Shown piece after piece: positions 51,283 through 63,780 of a stretch of DNA of 64,000 nucleotides. The stretch spans positions 8,803,400-8,867,399 of the forward strand of contig MU060767.1 of NCBI GenBank assembly GCA_013265495.1. Direction: 5' to 3'. The notes beneath the pieces are model-generated. The model saw nothing but the letters and a program-made list of their open reading frames with translations, searched no databases and was not told the origin of the DNA. The stretch comes from Vicugna vicugna. Its lineage: Eukaryota. Each line of letters opens with the position of its first letter. Within the stretch, counting starts at the first letter, position 1. The position numbers were made by a program, and so were the translations under genes.

Positions 51283-51574
51283 CGTGAGCGCCTTCCACGG
51301 GGCCGGCCTTGCGTCTCCTTCAGCCTGCAAGGTTGCCTCTGTGTCTTCTCCGAATTCAAATCCAGCCTTTCAATCAGTGCATTAGGCATTGAAGTTATTT
51401 TACTTTTTTGACTGAGCTGTTTCTACCCCATTAGCAGAAGGAAGGAATAGGACGACTAGACCTCCGTTTCTCCGCAGGATGGAAGGTGATGGGCGTTTCT
51501 CTCGCTCAGTTCAGTTTGATCTGATCAAACCCTGATCTGTTTCAGTCAGCTGGTCTGGTATCAACTGCAAGTAG
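51283..51574 (-). other. Candidate exon (292 nt) or first exon within a CpG-enriched segment
   Basis: Acceptor gtgttatttcttcag|CTACTTG and strong donor CTCACG|gtgagt; ATG at 51390 opens 36 codons (MPNALIEKAGFEFGEDTEATLQAEGDARPAPWKALT) up to the donor; protein not recognised. Confidence 0.42.
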
Positions 51575-51879
51575 CTGAAGAAATAACACACATCACCTAT
51601 AAACAAAACAAAATAGAAATGCAATTTGATCACAATATCATATTTTAATTATAGTTTATATGATTCGTGCTACAAGAAGACACAGGGGTGAGATATTGAT
51701 GTGAGCTGACAGTTCCACATATTCAAATGGGGATTTAAAGCATGTAGTTTTTGTTTTAGTAAAGATGCTGTTATCTGGGCCCTGAACACCTCTTTATCCC
51801 CATGTTTGCCTTCCCTTGTGCTCCGTGCTGCTGTCACAGTGAGCATTTAGAGTTTCCCTGAAATTGACATATTTTTATT

Positions 51880-52142
51880 GTCATGAAGCCTTATTCATGT
51901 TTCTCTCTACTAAAATTTATACCCTCAGTCATCCATTAGACGCACTCCTATCCAGACTAAAATCCAGTGTAGATGTTTTCGTAATTGATTTAGATGTCTG
52001 TCTCCCACTAAACTTGAGAATGAGAGTCATACTTTATTCATTTCTGTGATTCTAATACCCAATATATTGCCTGGGAGAAGGCATGCATGCAATGATGAGT
52101 TTTAAGGAATGAATAGATGAATGAATGAATGAATGAATGACA
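51880..52142 (+). mobile_element. L2 3' end with (GAAT)n tail
   Basis: ctgtctcccactaaacttgagaa..tttattcatttctgtgattcta..gaatgaatagatgaatgaatgaatgaatg. Confidence 0.7.
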
Positions 52143-52745
52143 TTGATTGAAGAAGAGACGGCAAGGATACTCAAGGACAGGAGAGGGAAAGTTAGTGGCA
52201 GGAATAACATGGGAATAAGCTGACCTCTTGCACAGAAATGCATGGAGACATGATTAAAATAATTAGTGGACAAGTTTGAAATGTAGTGGGTGACAAGTTT
52301 GTATGGACCTTGGATGAAATGAAATTGCATTCTGAATTAACGTACTAGGTTCTAGACAGTCAAAGAAGATTCTTGAGCAGATGAAAGAAATAATAAAATA
52401 TTACTTTTTTGAGAATTCGTTTTTCTACCTGAATAAAGCCCTTGAGCCTGCAAAGAAAATCAGACTTGTTTAACAAAATCTGAAATGGGACAGTAAGAAA
52501 ATGGTAGGGTTGATATCACATGACACTCACCTTAGTCCTGTGGCATATATATGGTGACTTCTGCTTTGAAGTGGTAATTTATAAAATGTTAACCTTGAGA
52601 CCTGGATAAGTGAATGTCATTTGCAGGGCATAGAGGCTGCACTATGAAACTCTGTCTCATTATGGCAAATAACAGAGCAATGAAGGAAGCACAGAAACAC
52701 TCGACTACTGGAAATCAAAGTTCACCGCAAAATGCCTGTATGTGT

Positions 52746-52942
52746 NNNNNNNNNNNNNNNNNNNNNNNNNNNNNNNNNNNNNNNNNNNNNNNNNNNNNNN
52801 NNNNNNNNNNNNNNNNNNNNNNNNNNNNNNNNNNNNNNNNNNNNNNNNNNNNNNNNNNNNNNNNNNNNNNNNNNNNNNNNNNNNNNNNNNNNNNNNNNNN
52901 NNNNNNNNNNNNNNNNNNNNNNNNNNNNNNNNNNNNNNNNNN
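52746..52942. other. Assembly gap (197 N)
   Basis: Run of N, preceded by tgtatgtgt (possibly an unresolved microsatellite). Confidence 1.
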
Positions 52943-52989
52943 AGCCTTGATGTTGGTGAGTCTGCAGATATTAAATTAATGCTTGATCC

Positions 52990-53062
52990 ATCCTTCCTTC
53001 CTTCCTTCCTTCCTTCCTTCCTTCCTTCCTTCCTTCCTTCCTTCCTTTTCTTCCTTCCTTCC
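52990..53062. repeat. (TCCT)n tetranucleotide microsatellite
   Basis: tccttccttccttcc... read directly. Confidence 0.95.
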
Positions 53063-53377
53063 AAGATACAACATTACTTCTGCCACCTTGGATATTTAAG
53101 AATGAATCTTCTGGTTGTGGTTGCATAGCTGAAAATATTTTGGAAGTGCAATAGGTGTGCTTATGTACAGCTCAGATCATGCCCTCATCACTGAACCACT
53201 CATTCCACCAACTGATGACAGTGTTGCTGACTGACAGCATGTAGCTGAGTCCACTCTGAGGACTGTTACCAGCCAACTCACCCAAGTTAATGACATCTTC
53301 CAAAAGGATGCCTCCTTCCCCGGGTCATCTGTATCCAGTAGATACGGTAGAGGCAGTGGATCAAGGCTTTGCTCCTT

Positions 53378-53730
53378 CTCTTAGTCATTTCGGGCTGCTG
53401 TAATAGGATACCATACTGGGAAGCTTAAACAAAAGGCATTTATTTCTCACAGTTCTGAAGGCTGGGAAGTTCAAGAGTAAGGCAGATTTGGTGTCTGGTG
53501 AGGACTGGCTTCTTGGTTCACAGACAGCCATCTTCTAACTATGTCCTTAGATGGCAAAAAGAAGGTTGGAGAGCTTCCCGGGAGCTCTTTTATAAGGGCA
53601 CAAACCTCATTCATGACTCTGCAGTTATGACCTAATTACTTCCAAAGGCCCGACCTCCTAATACAGTTAAATTGGGGGTTATTAGCATTTCAACACATGA
53701 ATTTTGCTGGCATATATTCAGTCCATCGTG
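53378..53730 (-). mobile_element. MLT1A-type MaLR LTR
   Basis: tcttagtcatttcgggctgctgtaataggataccatactgg..catttatttctcacagttctgaaggctgggaagttcaag..atattcagtccat. Confidence 0.88.
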
Positions 53731-54183
53731 CTCCATTTGCCCCAATTCAGGATAATTCTGTAGGAATGCCCCAGCTCCAGAACTTCCCATAGAGTAGACT
53801 GACATCTTTTCTAAATTGGCACTGCAGTCCAACTTCTTGCTCTGCCCAGTCCTGGTTATATCACTCCTCACGTTTGTGGGGAAGTGAAAAAATACTGCCT
53901 GAAATGACCTACATACCAATCTCCATCACAGAGGCTTCTTCCAGAAGAACTGGTCCTTCTACAGGAATTAAGTAAAGACATCAAACAAAGGGATTTAAAT
54001 TTGGAAAAATCTTGCATGCTAACTTAATACTTTGAAAATCTCACAGGAAGGCTGTGCATCTCTGCACAAGGGTAATCAAAGTATGTTAAATGTCGTGTTT
54101 TCAGTTTTAAAACTCTGCGGAGTAGTTGATGGCACAACCATAATGGTCATATCTTTTTTCCCTATATCCACTTCGGGGCATTT

Positions 54184-55396
54184 TTGTTTAAACTGAGGTA
54201 ACATTGGTTTATAAGGGTATGTAAGTTTCACGCCTACATTATGTTTTGACTTCTGTGTAACTGGAATGTGCCTCCACCAAAAGTTTAGTTTTTGTCCATC
54301 ACCATACAGTTGACCTCCTTTACCCATTTTTCCCTCCCCTGCCCTTACCCTCTGGTAACTGCTACTCTGTTCTCTGTATCTATGTGTTTGTTTTGTTTGG
54401 TTTGTTTTGGTCATTTATTTTGTTTTTTGCTTGTTTTGTATTCCACATATGAAAGAAATCATACTGTGTGTGTCTTTATCTGGCTTATTTCACACCACAT
54501 AATACTCTCAAGGTCCATGTTATCATAGATGTACACATCTTCTTTATCCATTCATCTCCCTATGGCCACTTAACGTTGTTTCTGTATCTTAACTATTGTA
54601 AACAATGCTGCTATGAGCCTATGGGTGTATATATCTTTTCCAACTAGTGTTTTCATATTCTTTAGATAAATACCCAGAAGCCCAGAAGTGGAATAGCTNN
54701 NNNNNNNNNNNNNNNNNNNNNNNNNNNNNNNNNNNNNNNNNNNNNNNNNNNNNNNNNNNNNNNNNNNNNNNNNNNNNNNNNNNNNNNNNNNNNNNNNNNN
54801 NNNNNNNNNNNNNNNNNNNNNNNNNNNNNNNNNNNNNNNNNNNNNNNNNNNNNNNNNNNNNNNNNNNNNNNNNNNNNNNNNNNNNNNNNNNNNNNNNNNN
54901 NNNNNNNNNNNNNNNNNNNNNNNNNNNNNNNNNNNNNNNNNNNNNNNNNNNNNNNNNNNNNNNNNNNNNNNNNNNNNNNNNNNNNNNNNNNNNNNNNNNN
55001 NNNNNNNNNNNNNNNNNNNNNNNNNNNNNNNNNNNNNNNNNNNNNNNNNNNNNNNNNNNNNNNNNNNNNNNNNNNNNNNNNNNNNNNNNNNNNNNNNNNN
55101 NNNNNNNNTTGGTAGGTTGTCTTTTGATTTTGTTGATGGTTTCTTAACTGTGTAGTAGATTTTCAATTTGATTGTAGTCTCATTTGTTTATTTTTTCCTT
55201 TTGTTTCTCTTACCTGAAGAGATGTATTTAAAAAAATTGCCAAGACTGATGTCAAAGAACGTATTGTTTTCTTCTAGGAGTTTTATAATTTCAGGTTGTA
55301 TATTCAAGTCTTTAGTCCATTTTGAGTTGATTTTTGTATATAGTGTGAAATGGTGGTCTGGATTCATTCTTTGACATATGGTTGTCCAGTGTTTTT
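54184..55396 (-). mobile_element. 5'-truncated LINE-1 (ORF2 C-terminus plus 3' UTR), laurasiatherian-type 3' end; contains an N gap
   Basis: Minus frame gives KKPSTKSKDNLP and GLLGIYLKNMKTLVGKDIYTHRLIAALFTIVK, matching L1 ORF2 KETINKMKRQP and LLGIYPKEMKT..DICTPMFIAALFTIAK. Typical 3' end ataaaccaatgttacctca plus A-rich tail; flanking direct repeat ggcattt at 54177-54183 and 55397-55403. Confidence 0.9.
54699..55108. other. Assembly gap (410 N) inside the L1
   Basis: Run of N flanked on both sides by L1 ORF2 sequence. Confidence 1.
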
Positions 55397-56244
55397 GGCA
55401 TTTATTTTATCAGATGCTGAAGAATGTGACAAGTTTTCTCATGTCAGGGTCTTCAGGTTTCCATTTTTTTTTAAACTCTTAAAATTGACACAACTACCGT
55501 AAAGAGACCTTGATAGACATTTGGACAGATTAGACAACTGTATTGTATTTTCTCGCATCTGTATGTCACGTTCTATTTTTCAAAGTACCCTCTCCTCGTG
55601 TGATCTCTCTCCCTCTTGCTCTACAGCTGTGAGATGTAGGCAGAACTGGTGTTCTTCTCCATTTCACAGATGAGCATAAGTACTTCCACAGATAAATGCT
55701 TTTTCTCAGGTAATGTTAAACTGCTAATTTAATGCTAAACTCTGGTGATTCAAACCTTCAGTGATAGGAATTGATCTGTAAATAAACCAATAATAGTTAA
55801 ATGAACATAATAAGTCTCACGTGAAGGACTTTGGTTCCTACTCTGTGACAACAGTTGCCTGTTTCCCATATGCATAGTACGCACTCGAGTTTTTCAGGTG
55901 GTTCTGTGTCTACCACAAACGTAGCACAAGAGAAGGGCCATTTCTAATCCCACAGCCAGGAACAGAGTGCAGCAGGACCCAAGGTTCCTTTCCGTACACC
56001 TACTTGTATCTCATTAAAATGTGCCAGAGATGCTGACTGAGTTTAAAATGAGTTTCAATAAAGATTGAGCATCATCCTCACCTGTAGCTCTTTTTACCTC
56101 TAACGTCTCTAAACCTGTGTTATCTGACTCCATCAGGGGAAGGACAAAATGTTTCTGTATCATGTATTCTCTCAGTAGTAAGAATGGCCAGAATCTGATC
56201 TAGGTAAATGTTCTTCCCTCACACATGTAGGTTTATAATCAGAA

Positions 56245-56642
56245 TTGAGTTGCTGCAAAGAACGAAGAGCTTTATGAGGGGTCTTAGGAATGCAGTTCTG
56301 GAGACAGAAATTCAGGTAAAACCAATAGAGTGTTCCTGGAGAAGAGAAGAAGTCAGGGGCTTATAAAGGCAAAAGCCACAAGACTGTTGAAGTTGTCTTG
56401 CAAGAATTACGATTGACTCTGTTGCAAAAAGGAAATATTTGTCCTTAAGGGACAGGCTGTCTTGAGTTATTTAGGGTGAGGGTCTGATAAGTATCTTGAG
56501 TTTCTGGAACATAGACATCAATTACAATTGCACAATGTTATAATGCTAAGTGGTTAAAAGATCAGATTCTATCAGGCTGAGATGTGCATAAGTCACACTT
56601 CCTCAGGGGCCTCCTGGCTCCATTTTAGAGGGCATTCTTGAT
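56245..56642 (-). mobile_element. ERV1-like LTR remnant (family uncertain)
   Basis: Minus strand starts aagaatgccctctaaaatggagccaggaggcccctgaggaagtgtgacttatgc; LTR-type composition with a TTTATAAG/TATA-like element. Confidence 0.5.
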
Positions 56643-57339
56643 TTTCCTTTTACACATATAAGCAGAAAGAAATTTATTATTTTTCTCTAGATTAAGAGGA
56701 ATCAGTTAGGCTAATTATCTCCATTAGTGTCCATCAGCATATCTGAAGATACCCAACACTGCTTTCAAAAAAGTCATTCTATTAACAGAGTATTCATGCA
56801 TCATGAAAAAAAAAAAAGAAAAAAGAAACATTGCTTAAGGGTGAGGTGGAGAACTATGTTCTGTATTATTGCTCTAACTTTTTTTTTTAATAAGACCAAA
56901 AAGGCATCCTACAGCTTTGAAAACTACTCATCTCCAAGGAAACACAACATGCAGGTTCTGACTTACCACTTCCTAGCTTTCCTTTTCCTAATGTACTTGT
57001 TATTTCACTTCTCTAATTATTGCATTCTTTTCCTATAACACAGGGACACTAATAGAACATATCAGTGCAGTCATGGTCAGTCGGGAATAGACAAACCATT
57101 CTAAGTAGTCCAAACAGAGGATCAATCCAGAGAGAAGAGGGAAGGAGGAAACCCAGGCATGTGAGAATCCCTGGACCTGCTGAGCATAAGCACTATTTCC
57201 TTCTTGCTTTCCTTCTGTAAAGTATGTTACTCCACACATATAGGTTCATAATTTTTTTCTTCTATTTTGGATTTTTTATTTTAAACACCAAAGAAGTGTT
57301 ATTTAGAATTAAAACTGCAAGTTGCATCATGAGCTTTTG

Positions 57340-57700
57340 CTGCATAGGAAACAACAACAAAATCTCCATGACATCCCATAATAAGCACTGATTTCTCACT
57401 CTGGTGTGTGGATTGGACGGGCCTCTGATTCAGGCTGTGGGTCCAATTTGGGTCTGCTGCACGTGTCCCACTCCGGGATCTACCCTGGAGAGGCAGCGGC
57501 TTCCTGGGGGCATATTATCCTCATGACAGTGTGAGCAGCACCCAGCAGCACAAGCAGAAATACAGGATGTCTTAGTGTCACGTCCACTTCGATTTCGCTG
57601 GCAAAACCACATTCACCCGATTAATTCCAATGCTGGTGGGTTGGACAAGTATGCTTCTCCCAGAGAGGGAGTGATTTGCAGAAGAGTAATCTAGTCAACA
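57340..57700 (-). mobile_element. MLT1J/K-type MaLR LTR
   Basis: caggctgtgggtccaatttgggtctgctgcacgtgtc..gcagcggcttcctggggcatattatcctcatg..cacgtccacttc..gtgatttgcagaagagtaatcta. Confidence 0.7.
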
Positions 57701-59189
57701 ACAACAAAAAAAAAAAACAGAGCAAACTCAGTCGTTTGAAAAAGGCTGCATATAGAGGAAAAGGGGGGAAAAAGATACCAGTATCACAAAAAAGTGGAAT
57801 ATTTTAGTGACTGAAATTTTGTTCAAGATTACACCGTAGCTGTGGCTGAAGTATTTCCGTGGGCTGTTCGGCAGCTGGCATTTGGGTACGTGCGCTCTCC
57901 TGGGCTCATCCCATCATCCATGTGCACTCAGGGCTTCCTACTCACTAATACTTGTGTGACCTCTTAGATTTTACTACCCTATGGCTTCTATTTACTGTTT
58001 CCTCTCTCTGGGTACTTCTACCTGTCTCAGTCCTATTTCCTTGGTTTCTCTGTATGTGTGATATTCAAACTCATAGTAAACGAGAATATTACTGGTTAAT
58101 TTTTCACTGTTGCCACTATTGGACAAAGCTCGGAGGCGACTATGCAGCTGAGAGTAAGTGGCCCTTTGGTCATATGCCTGTTTCTGGTCCAGTCAACCTT
58201 CTCCTGGGAGGTGGTCACATACTGTCCGAGAGGTTCATGGGGCATCATCAAGCATCATAGGCAGCGTGTCTTGTGTAGAGGTTTCACGCATCTCACGTTC
58301 TTTGCAAAGTGGGCTGTGGGCTTGGCAAGGAATTACGAGACTTCTCAGAAAGGAGTGCTTTCACTGACAAGCTCTCTGCTTGGTCTTAACGACAGAGACA
58401 GGGTGCTGCTGGAAGGAAGGATGGCGAAATGGAAAGAAGGAGGGGAGGAAGGGAGGAAATCTTGAATGGCAGGACTGAATATATTTCCCAAAACTTACCT
58501 TCCTTGCTTAATTCTGTTTTAGTTCAACCTCTCTCTCTTCCCTCCTCCTCCTCCTCCTCCTCACCACCCCCCCTTTTCCTTTTTCTCCTGAACACGTACA
58601 CACATCAAATACAGTTATTTGGGGGATCCTCCCTACATTTGAGCAACTTCAAAGAAAGAAATTTTGAACCTCAAAGGATCCAATGTGTTAAGGCAAAATA
58701 ACATCAGTGGAACATCTGGAATCCTCTGGGGCTTTCTCCAAACAGTGGCCTTTTTCAGCTGCCTAATTTCTTAACGATCACTTTTGGTTCTTAACTACAA
58801 CAATGCTATTGCTTTTCTTGGTGACTATTTGACCCTGTAAATCTAATTCTTGGTCCACCATCAGTCTCTGTTTTTCTCTGCATGTTCCTAATTCTGTAGC
58901 TGATTTTCAGTCCTATAGATCTGTCCTTGAAGCAACTATTAAGTTCCCAGATACCACCCTGTAGAACTTAAGATGAGCACCATAAATGACAAAATAAAAA
59001 TAAAACTATTTCTATTAAACAATAAACAAAATGTTTGTGAGTACTCTATTCCATTTATTTGAAAATTCTATGTCACCTTATCTAAAATAAACAAACAGCC
59101 AAATTTCAAAGTGCTAAAAATATAAACTGAGTTCAATGTAAACAAATCTAGTTTATAAAACAACATGCTCAATTAATAACAAAGACAAC

Positions 59190-59390
59190 AAGGGCTCCAC
59201 AGTTGTGGGTGATCTGTACGTGCCAGGATCGTGCTTAGCCTTCAGGTACGCGATTCTACTTAATCCTCACAGTCATCGTACAGAGTGTGGTGCCGACTGT
59301 CACCCTTATTTTAAAGATACCGTAACTGAAGCAAAAGTAAGTTAAACAGCCTGTCCAGTCTGTGAGTCAGCAGAGCCAGGAACACATGGG
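59190..59390 (-). mobile_element. MIR SINE
   Basis: tgtacgtgccaggatcgtgcttag..ttaatcctcacagtc..cccttattttaaagataccgtaactgaagc. Confidence 0.6.
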
Positions 59391-62300
59391 TGTTTAATAG
59401 TTGCTTTGATTTAATAGATGACTGAGTAAATGAATAGATAAATGCTCGAGTTTGCCAAAATATAAGGTTTGAACAGGCAAATACTAGCATATATAGCTGA
59501 GAAAATTGTGGGGATCCTGAATGCCATGCTAAGAGAATGTAATCTTTTATAATTGATACTGGACATATTTAGAAGACTTTTCAGCAATGTGTTTTTACTG
59601 AATAACTAGACAGCATCATATTTAATGTCCTGAAACATAGGTAGACTTGAGACCATGGAGTCAGCAGGAGACTTTTGTAAAACACTGAAGAGAGGGTCAG
59701 AACTGCAATGGCAGCAGTGAGACAAGGGCGAATGGGATTCATATGAGGAAGACTGCACAACATCACTCATTTCCAGAACTGGGAAACTGATCAGATGCAG
59801 GAATTAAGGCTGATGAAGGAGTTAACAGCACTAAACTGCCTTTTGTGCAAAAGTCATTTCAAGATATTCGATTGCTTTAGGGCCATAATTTTAAATAGTA
59901 ATTGTATTTGTTATATGGTAAGGCCTTTGCTTTTCTGGCAAAGAAAATGTCCACATGCCTGTAAATTCTCGATTTGGCCCCGACCAACTTATTTTTTTTA
60001 AATATATTATCTTATGGGAAAAATAAGTCTTTAGATTCACAGTGCTATACAGGTGTTATTATTTTTGCCACTCTCCATCCCTGACCTACTGTATTTCCTG
60101 ACAGTATATTCAGTGAATAACTGTTAAGTGCATGAATGAGGAAATCTCATCACGTACACAAAATAACTCTTCTGAGCTAGGTAGAAACTTGAGTTTTCTT
60201 CTATTAGTAAGGAAATAGTGTGAACAAGTTGCTTCTGTTTCCCTGCCCAGCATGTAACTTATCAGAACTTGAACTCAGGTGGTTTTCTCTGAGTTAAAGG
60301 TTCATTTAAGCACTCTATGCTTTTTGGTTAACATCATGAATACCCCCTCAACCCACTGATAAATATTAACTATATTTATAAAATCCAGTCAGGTTAAAAA
60401 GGGGGGGAAAAGGAAAAAAAACAAAGCAACATTCTGGTGGCTCAAGATTACAAGTATTCAGCTCATGTAGTTGTAAAATATGCTGCTTCATCTCATGCAA
60501 TTTTGTTGGGATGAGAACAGTAGGAGACGTGCCCCCCTCGGCTCTGACAGACCACGGCAGATGTTCACCTGAGTGCGCTCCAGGTGAGAGCTGTAACCAC
60601 CGTAACCACCTGCAGCCTGAGTAAGCGGCGGGGCACCCGGCTGAGAGTTACAACTGCTTCCTGAGTGTGGCCGGGTGGCTGCCTGCATAGCGATTCGGAA
60701 GCAGATAAGCTAAACAGAAGCCAGAGTCTTTAACAGGTAACTGTCCAAATCAAATAATTGTTTGGAAATAATGGAATTCCGTAATCTACAACCTGTACGC
60801 CGATACTGTGTTTGTTACTACTGTGCTCTTTGAAATAGATATTCCACAAAAAAGACACTATCTGGGTTTCTAGAATCATGGTGGTATTGTAGGAAGGGAA
60901 TAAGATGCAAGACGTGGATTCTGGAGCTGCTTACTTCTGCCATCAACAGCCCCGTTATTTTAATCACATCTTAGCGTTTTTGAGCCGGGCGTCCATATCT
61001 GTACATTGAGGAGAGCAAAAGAAGATTATTTCTACACACTGTTTTTCTAAGATACTCTGATTCTGACTTAAGTCTTAACTAATTATTTACTGTATCTTAT
61101 CAAGGGCTTGGCACTTCCTGCAAAAGGGAAAAGGATGCTGGACACAGAAACATTGCTAATTGTATGTTTGGAATTGAAATAAATTGAATGAGCATTTTAA
61201 CAAGATTAATAAGGGATTAAAGAGGTGTCACTTCTGTAAATGTCTCATTTTCTTCCTTGCCCTGACCCAGGACACACACACACACACACACACACATATC
61301 ATGGCTCAATCTAGATTAGAAGGAGAATAAACTTTAAGAGCAACAACACCTAGAAAATTATCAAATTGTCTTCTTATATTATGGTACAAACAATTAAGTA
61401 TTTATTGCACAACTTTGAGGAATACAAACGGAATCAAGACATAGTTGCTATGGTTAAGTTGCTTCCAGACCAGAAGGATATTTTAAAAATGTGTGCAGTG
61501 CCAAGAGAGAAGATAAGCCATGAGGGTGTTGAAATCATGCCGTTTTTAGAATCAATTTCGTTACGTTGTAACATCAAAATAAAGGAGTTCCAGTGCCTTG
61601 CCGATTCTAATTGTCCTTTTGTAGCTGGTTGGTATTCAATGAGTTCTAATTTACTTGCAAATTAGTCAATGTGGTCATATTTGCCAGAAGGAAAAAAAAA
61701 TAGAGGAAATGAGAAAATTATAGTTACTTGTGCAGCGTAGAAGTGACTGAGCCAAACTTCAAACCTTACGCCTGTAACCACTACACAGTCTCAGACGCAG
61801 CCGTACCAAGAGTTAGCGTATTTCACAGAGCATATCTGTCATTGCTGCTTTAAAATCAGCCCCCAAATTCTTAACCATGAAAAAGCATGCCAATTCACTG
61901 AAGTTCTCTAGTAGGGTGCTGTCACGACCTGGACTGTTGTTGCTTTAGAGAACGTGCTGCAATCAAAGCAATTAGCAGAAAGCCCGGCCCGAGCGGGCAA
62001 CCACCCTGGAGCGCTTCTCCTATTGAGCTTGTAAGAAAATCAGAATCATTTAACTAAACCCCAACATGCTTGGACATTTTTAGAGAAACTGTAATTAGGC
62101 CAACCTTCCTAACAGCCTGTTAGATGAAAGATTTGAGAGTGTAGACCTTCTCTATTGTCTTTCGTACATCTCAATTTTTTCTAATTTACCAACTGGTGAA
62201 TTTTAAAGAAGAGGGAAAAAAATGGAAATTTTAATGAACCCAACAAATACTAGGCTTCTAAAATGTTGCATACGTTGAAAATGTATCAGTTGGTATTAAG

Positions 62301-63489
62301 CTGGGACACTGAAACATAATCCTTTGAATATGCATGCAAGAGGGTAAAGGCTTTGTTAGAAACAATATACCTTGAAAATTTGCTTAATTATGATTTTAAT
62401 GACCCAAAAAAGCTTAAGCAATTTATTTAGGTATAACGGTGAGTTTGCTATAAGTAAACACATGGGAGTTTAAAAGACTTTATCCAAGTTACCTGGTTCT
62501 TAGTATTGCATAATGAATCACACATCTTTAAAGGAAAGCTGTGATTTCCAGATTAAAACTAAGGCATTGTCTACTTGGCCTGAAACTATTCGTAAAAGAA
62601 ATTTGCAATAAAATATAGAAGATTCGGGGATAAAAGTATAGTCAGGTAGAATATTACAGGGCAAATTGATATTCAGATTGATGACTTTATTCATCCATAA
62701 TTTTTTTTAACTAAATATAGGTATCATAGCTTTTCTCTCAAGAGTTCCAACAGACTGTTTTTAAAACAGTTCTGTTAAACAATGATAATATTCTTACCAC
62801 TAATAATAGTTCCTGCATTTATTGAGCATTTGCTATGTGTTAGGCAGTGTGCTTAGTTACATGATCATATTGAATATTATCAATGACACTTTTCCAATGA
62901 GTGAATATTCTGATTTTACAGCTTTTTAGCTTTGAGAGATTGAATTTCCCTTCCTGCCAGTAAGTGGTGATGCCAGCAAGTGAGATTATATCTGATCTAC
63001 TCAAAATAGTATGCTGCCTATCACAGCCTTATTATTAGATGATGTTTTGGGTTTCCCTGCTGGAATGAATTGCTTTGGTGTTGGCCTTTACCATCAGAAA
63101 AAGCTCAACTTGTTTTCCTGAACTAATAAATCACCTTGTACAAGGGGAAATGAATGAGATTAAGAGTCACCCAAATCCTCTACATGCCTTCAGGCCATTT
63201 GCATGAAGATAACTTAGGGCTCTGGGATAACTTGTTCCCTGTCTACTCTGCTGTTGCACCCACTTTGTCAACACTTAGCTTTTCCTTAATGAGACAATGT
63301 GAAAGATGAGACTGAAAATGTAAAATTTTCTGTGTAACATGAGCTCTGTTTTATAATTCAGGTCACATGAAGTTTGATCCCAGACTAGTACATGTGTGAT
63401 CTTGAACCTGTCAGTTCTTTCTGAGGCTTTTAGTGATGCTCTGGAGAAAGCTCCTGTCGGTTCTTCAGTGCTGATTCTGTGCCTCTCTT

Positions 63490-63780
63490 CCCAGCTCTGC
63501 ATTCAGTGATGTCACGTCAGTAGCTTAGGATGCCACCGTGGGAGTATGCATGCACATCACAAAAATTACCAAGTGATGCAAATCAGAGCCCACCTGCCCC
63601 CCACTACCCAGTGGGTAAACATTTACAAGCACGTCTCTGATCAGTTTCTTCTTTAGAAAGGGGTTTGCACTAGGTTAGAGGCGGCAATCAACTTACAACT
63701 CTACGGTAATCTCATTTGACTGGTAGTGGCCAGTAGATGCAACAAGAGCTAATGCAATTAAGTTATAAAGTTTGCCAAGA
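63490..63780. promoter_or_regulatory. Candidate enhancer (CRE-like, octamer, FOX motifs)
   Basis: TGATGTCA 63507-63514 overlapping CACGTCA 63513-63519; ATGCAAAT 63576-63583; GTAAACA 63615-63621. Confidence 0.35.

Noticed and set aside
44624-55166. Long ORFs containing X runs (44624-45058, 52614-53128, 54570-55166)
   Set aside because: They stay open only because they cross N gaps; the last is decayed L1 ORF2.
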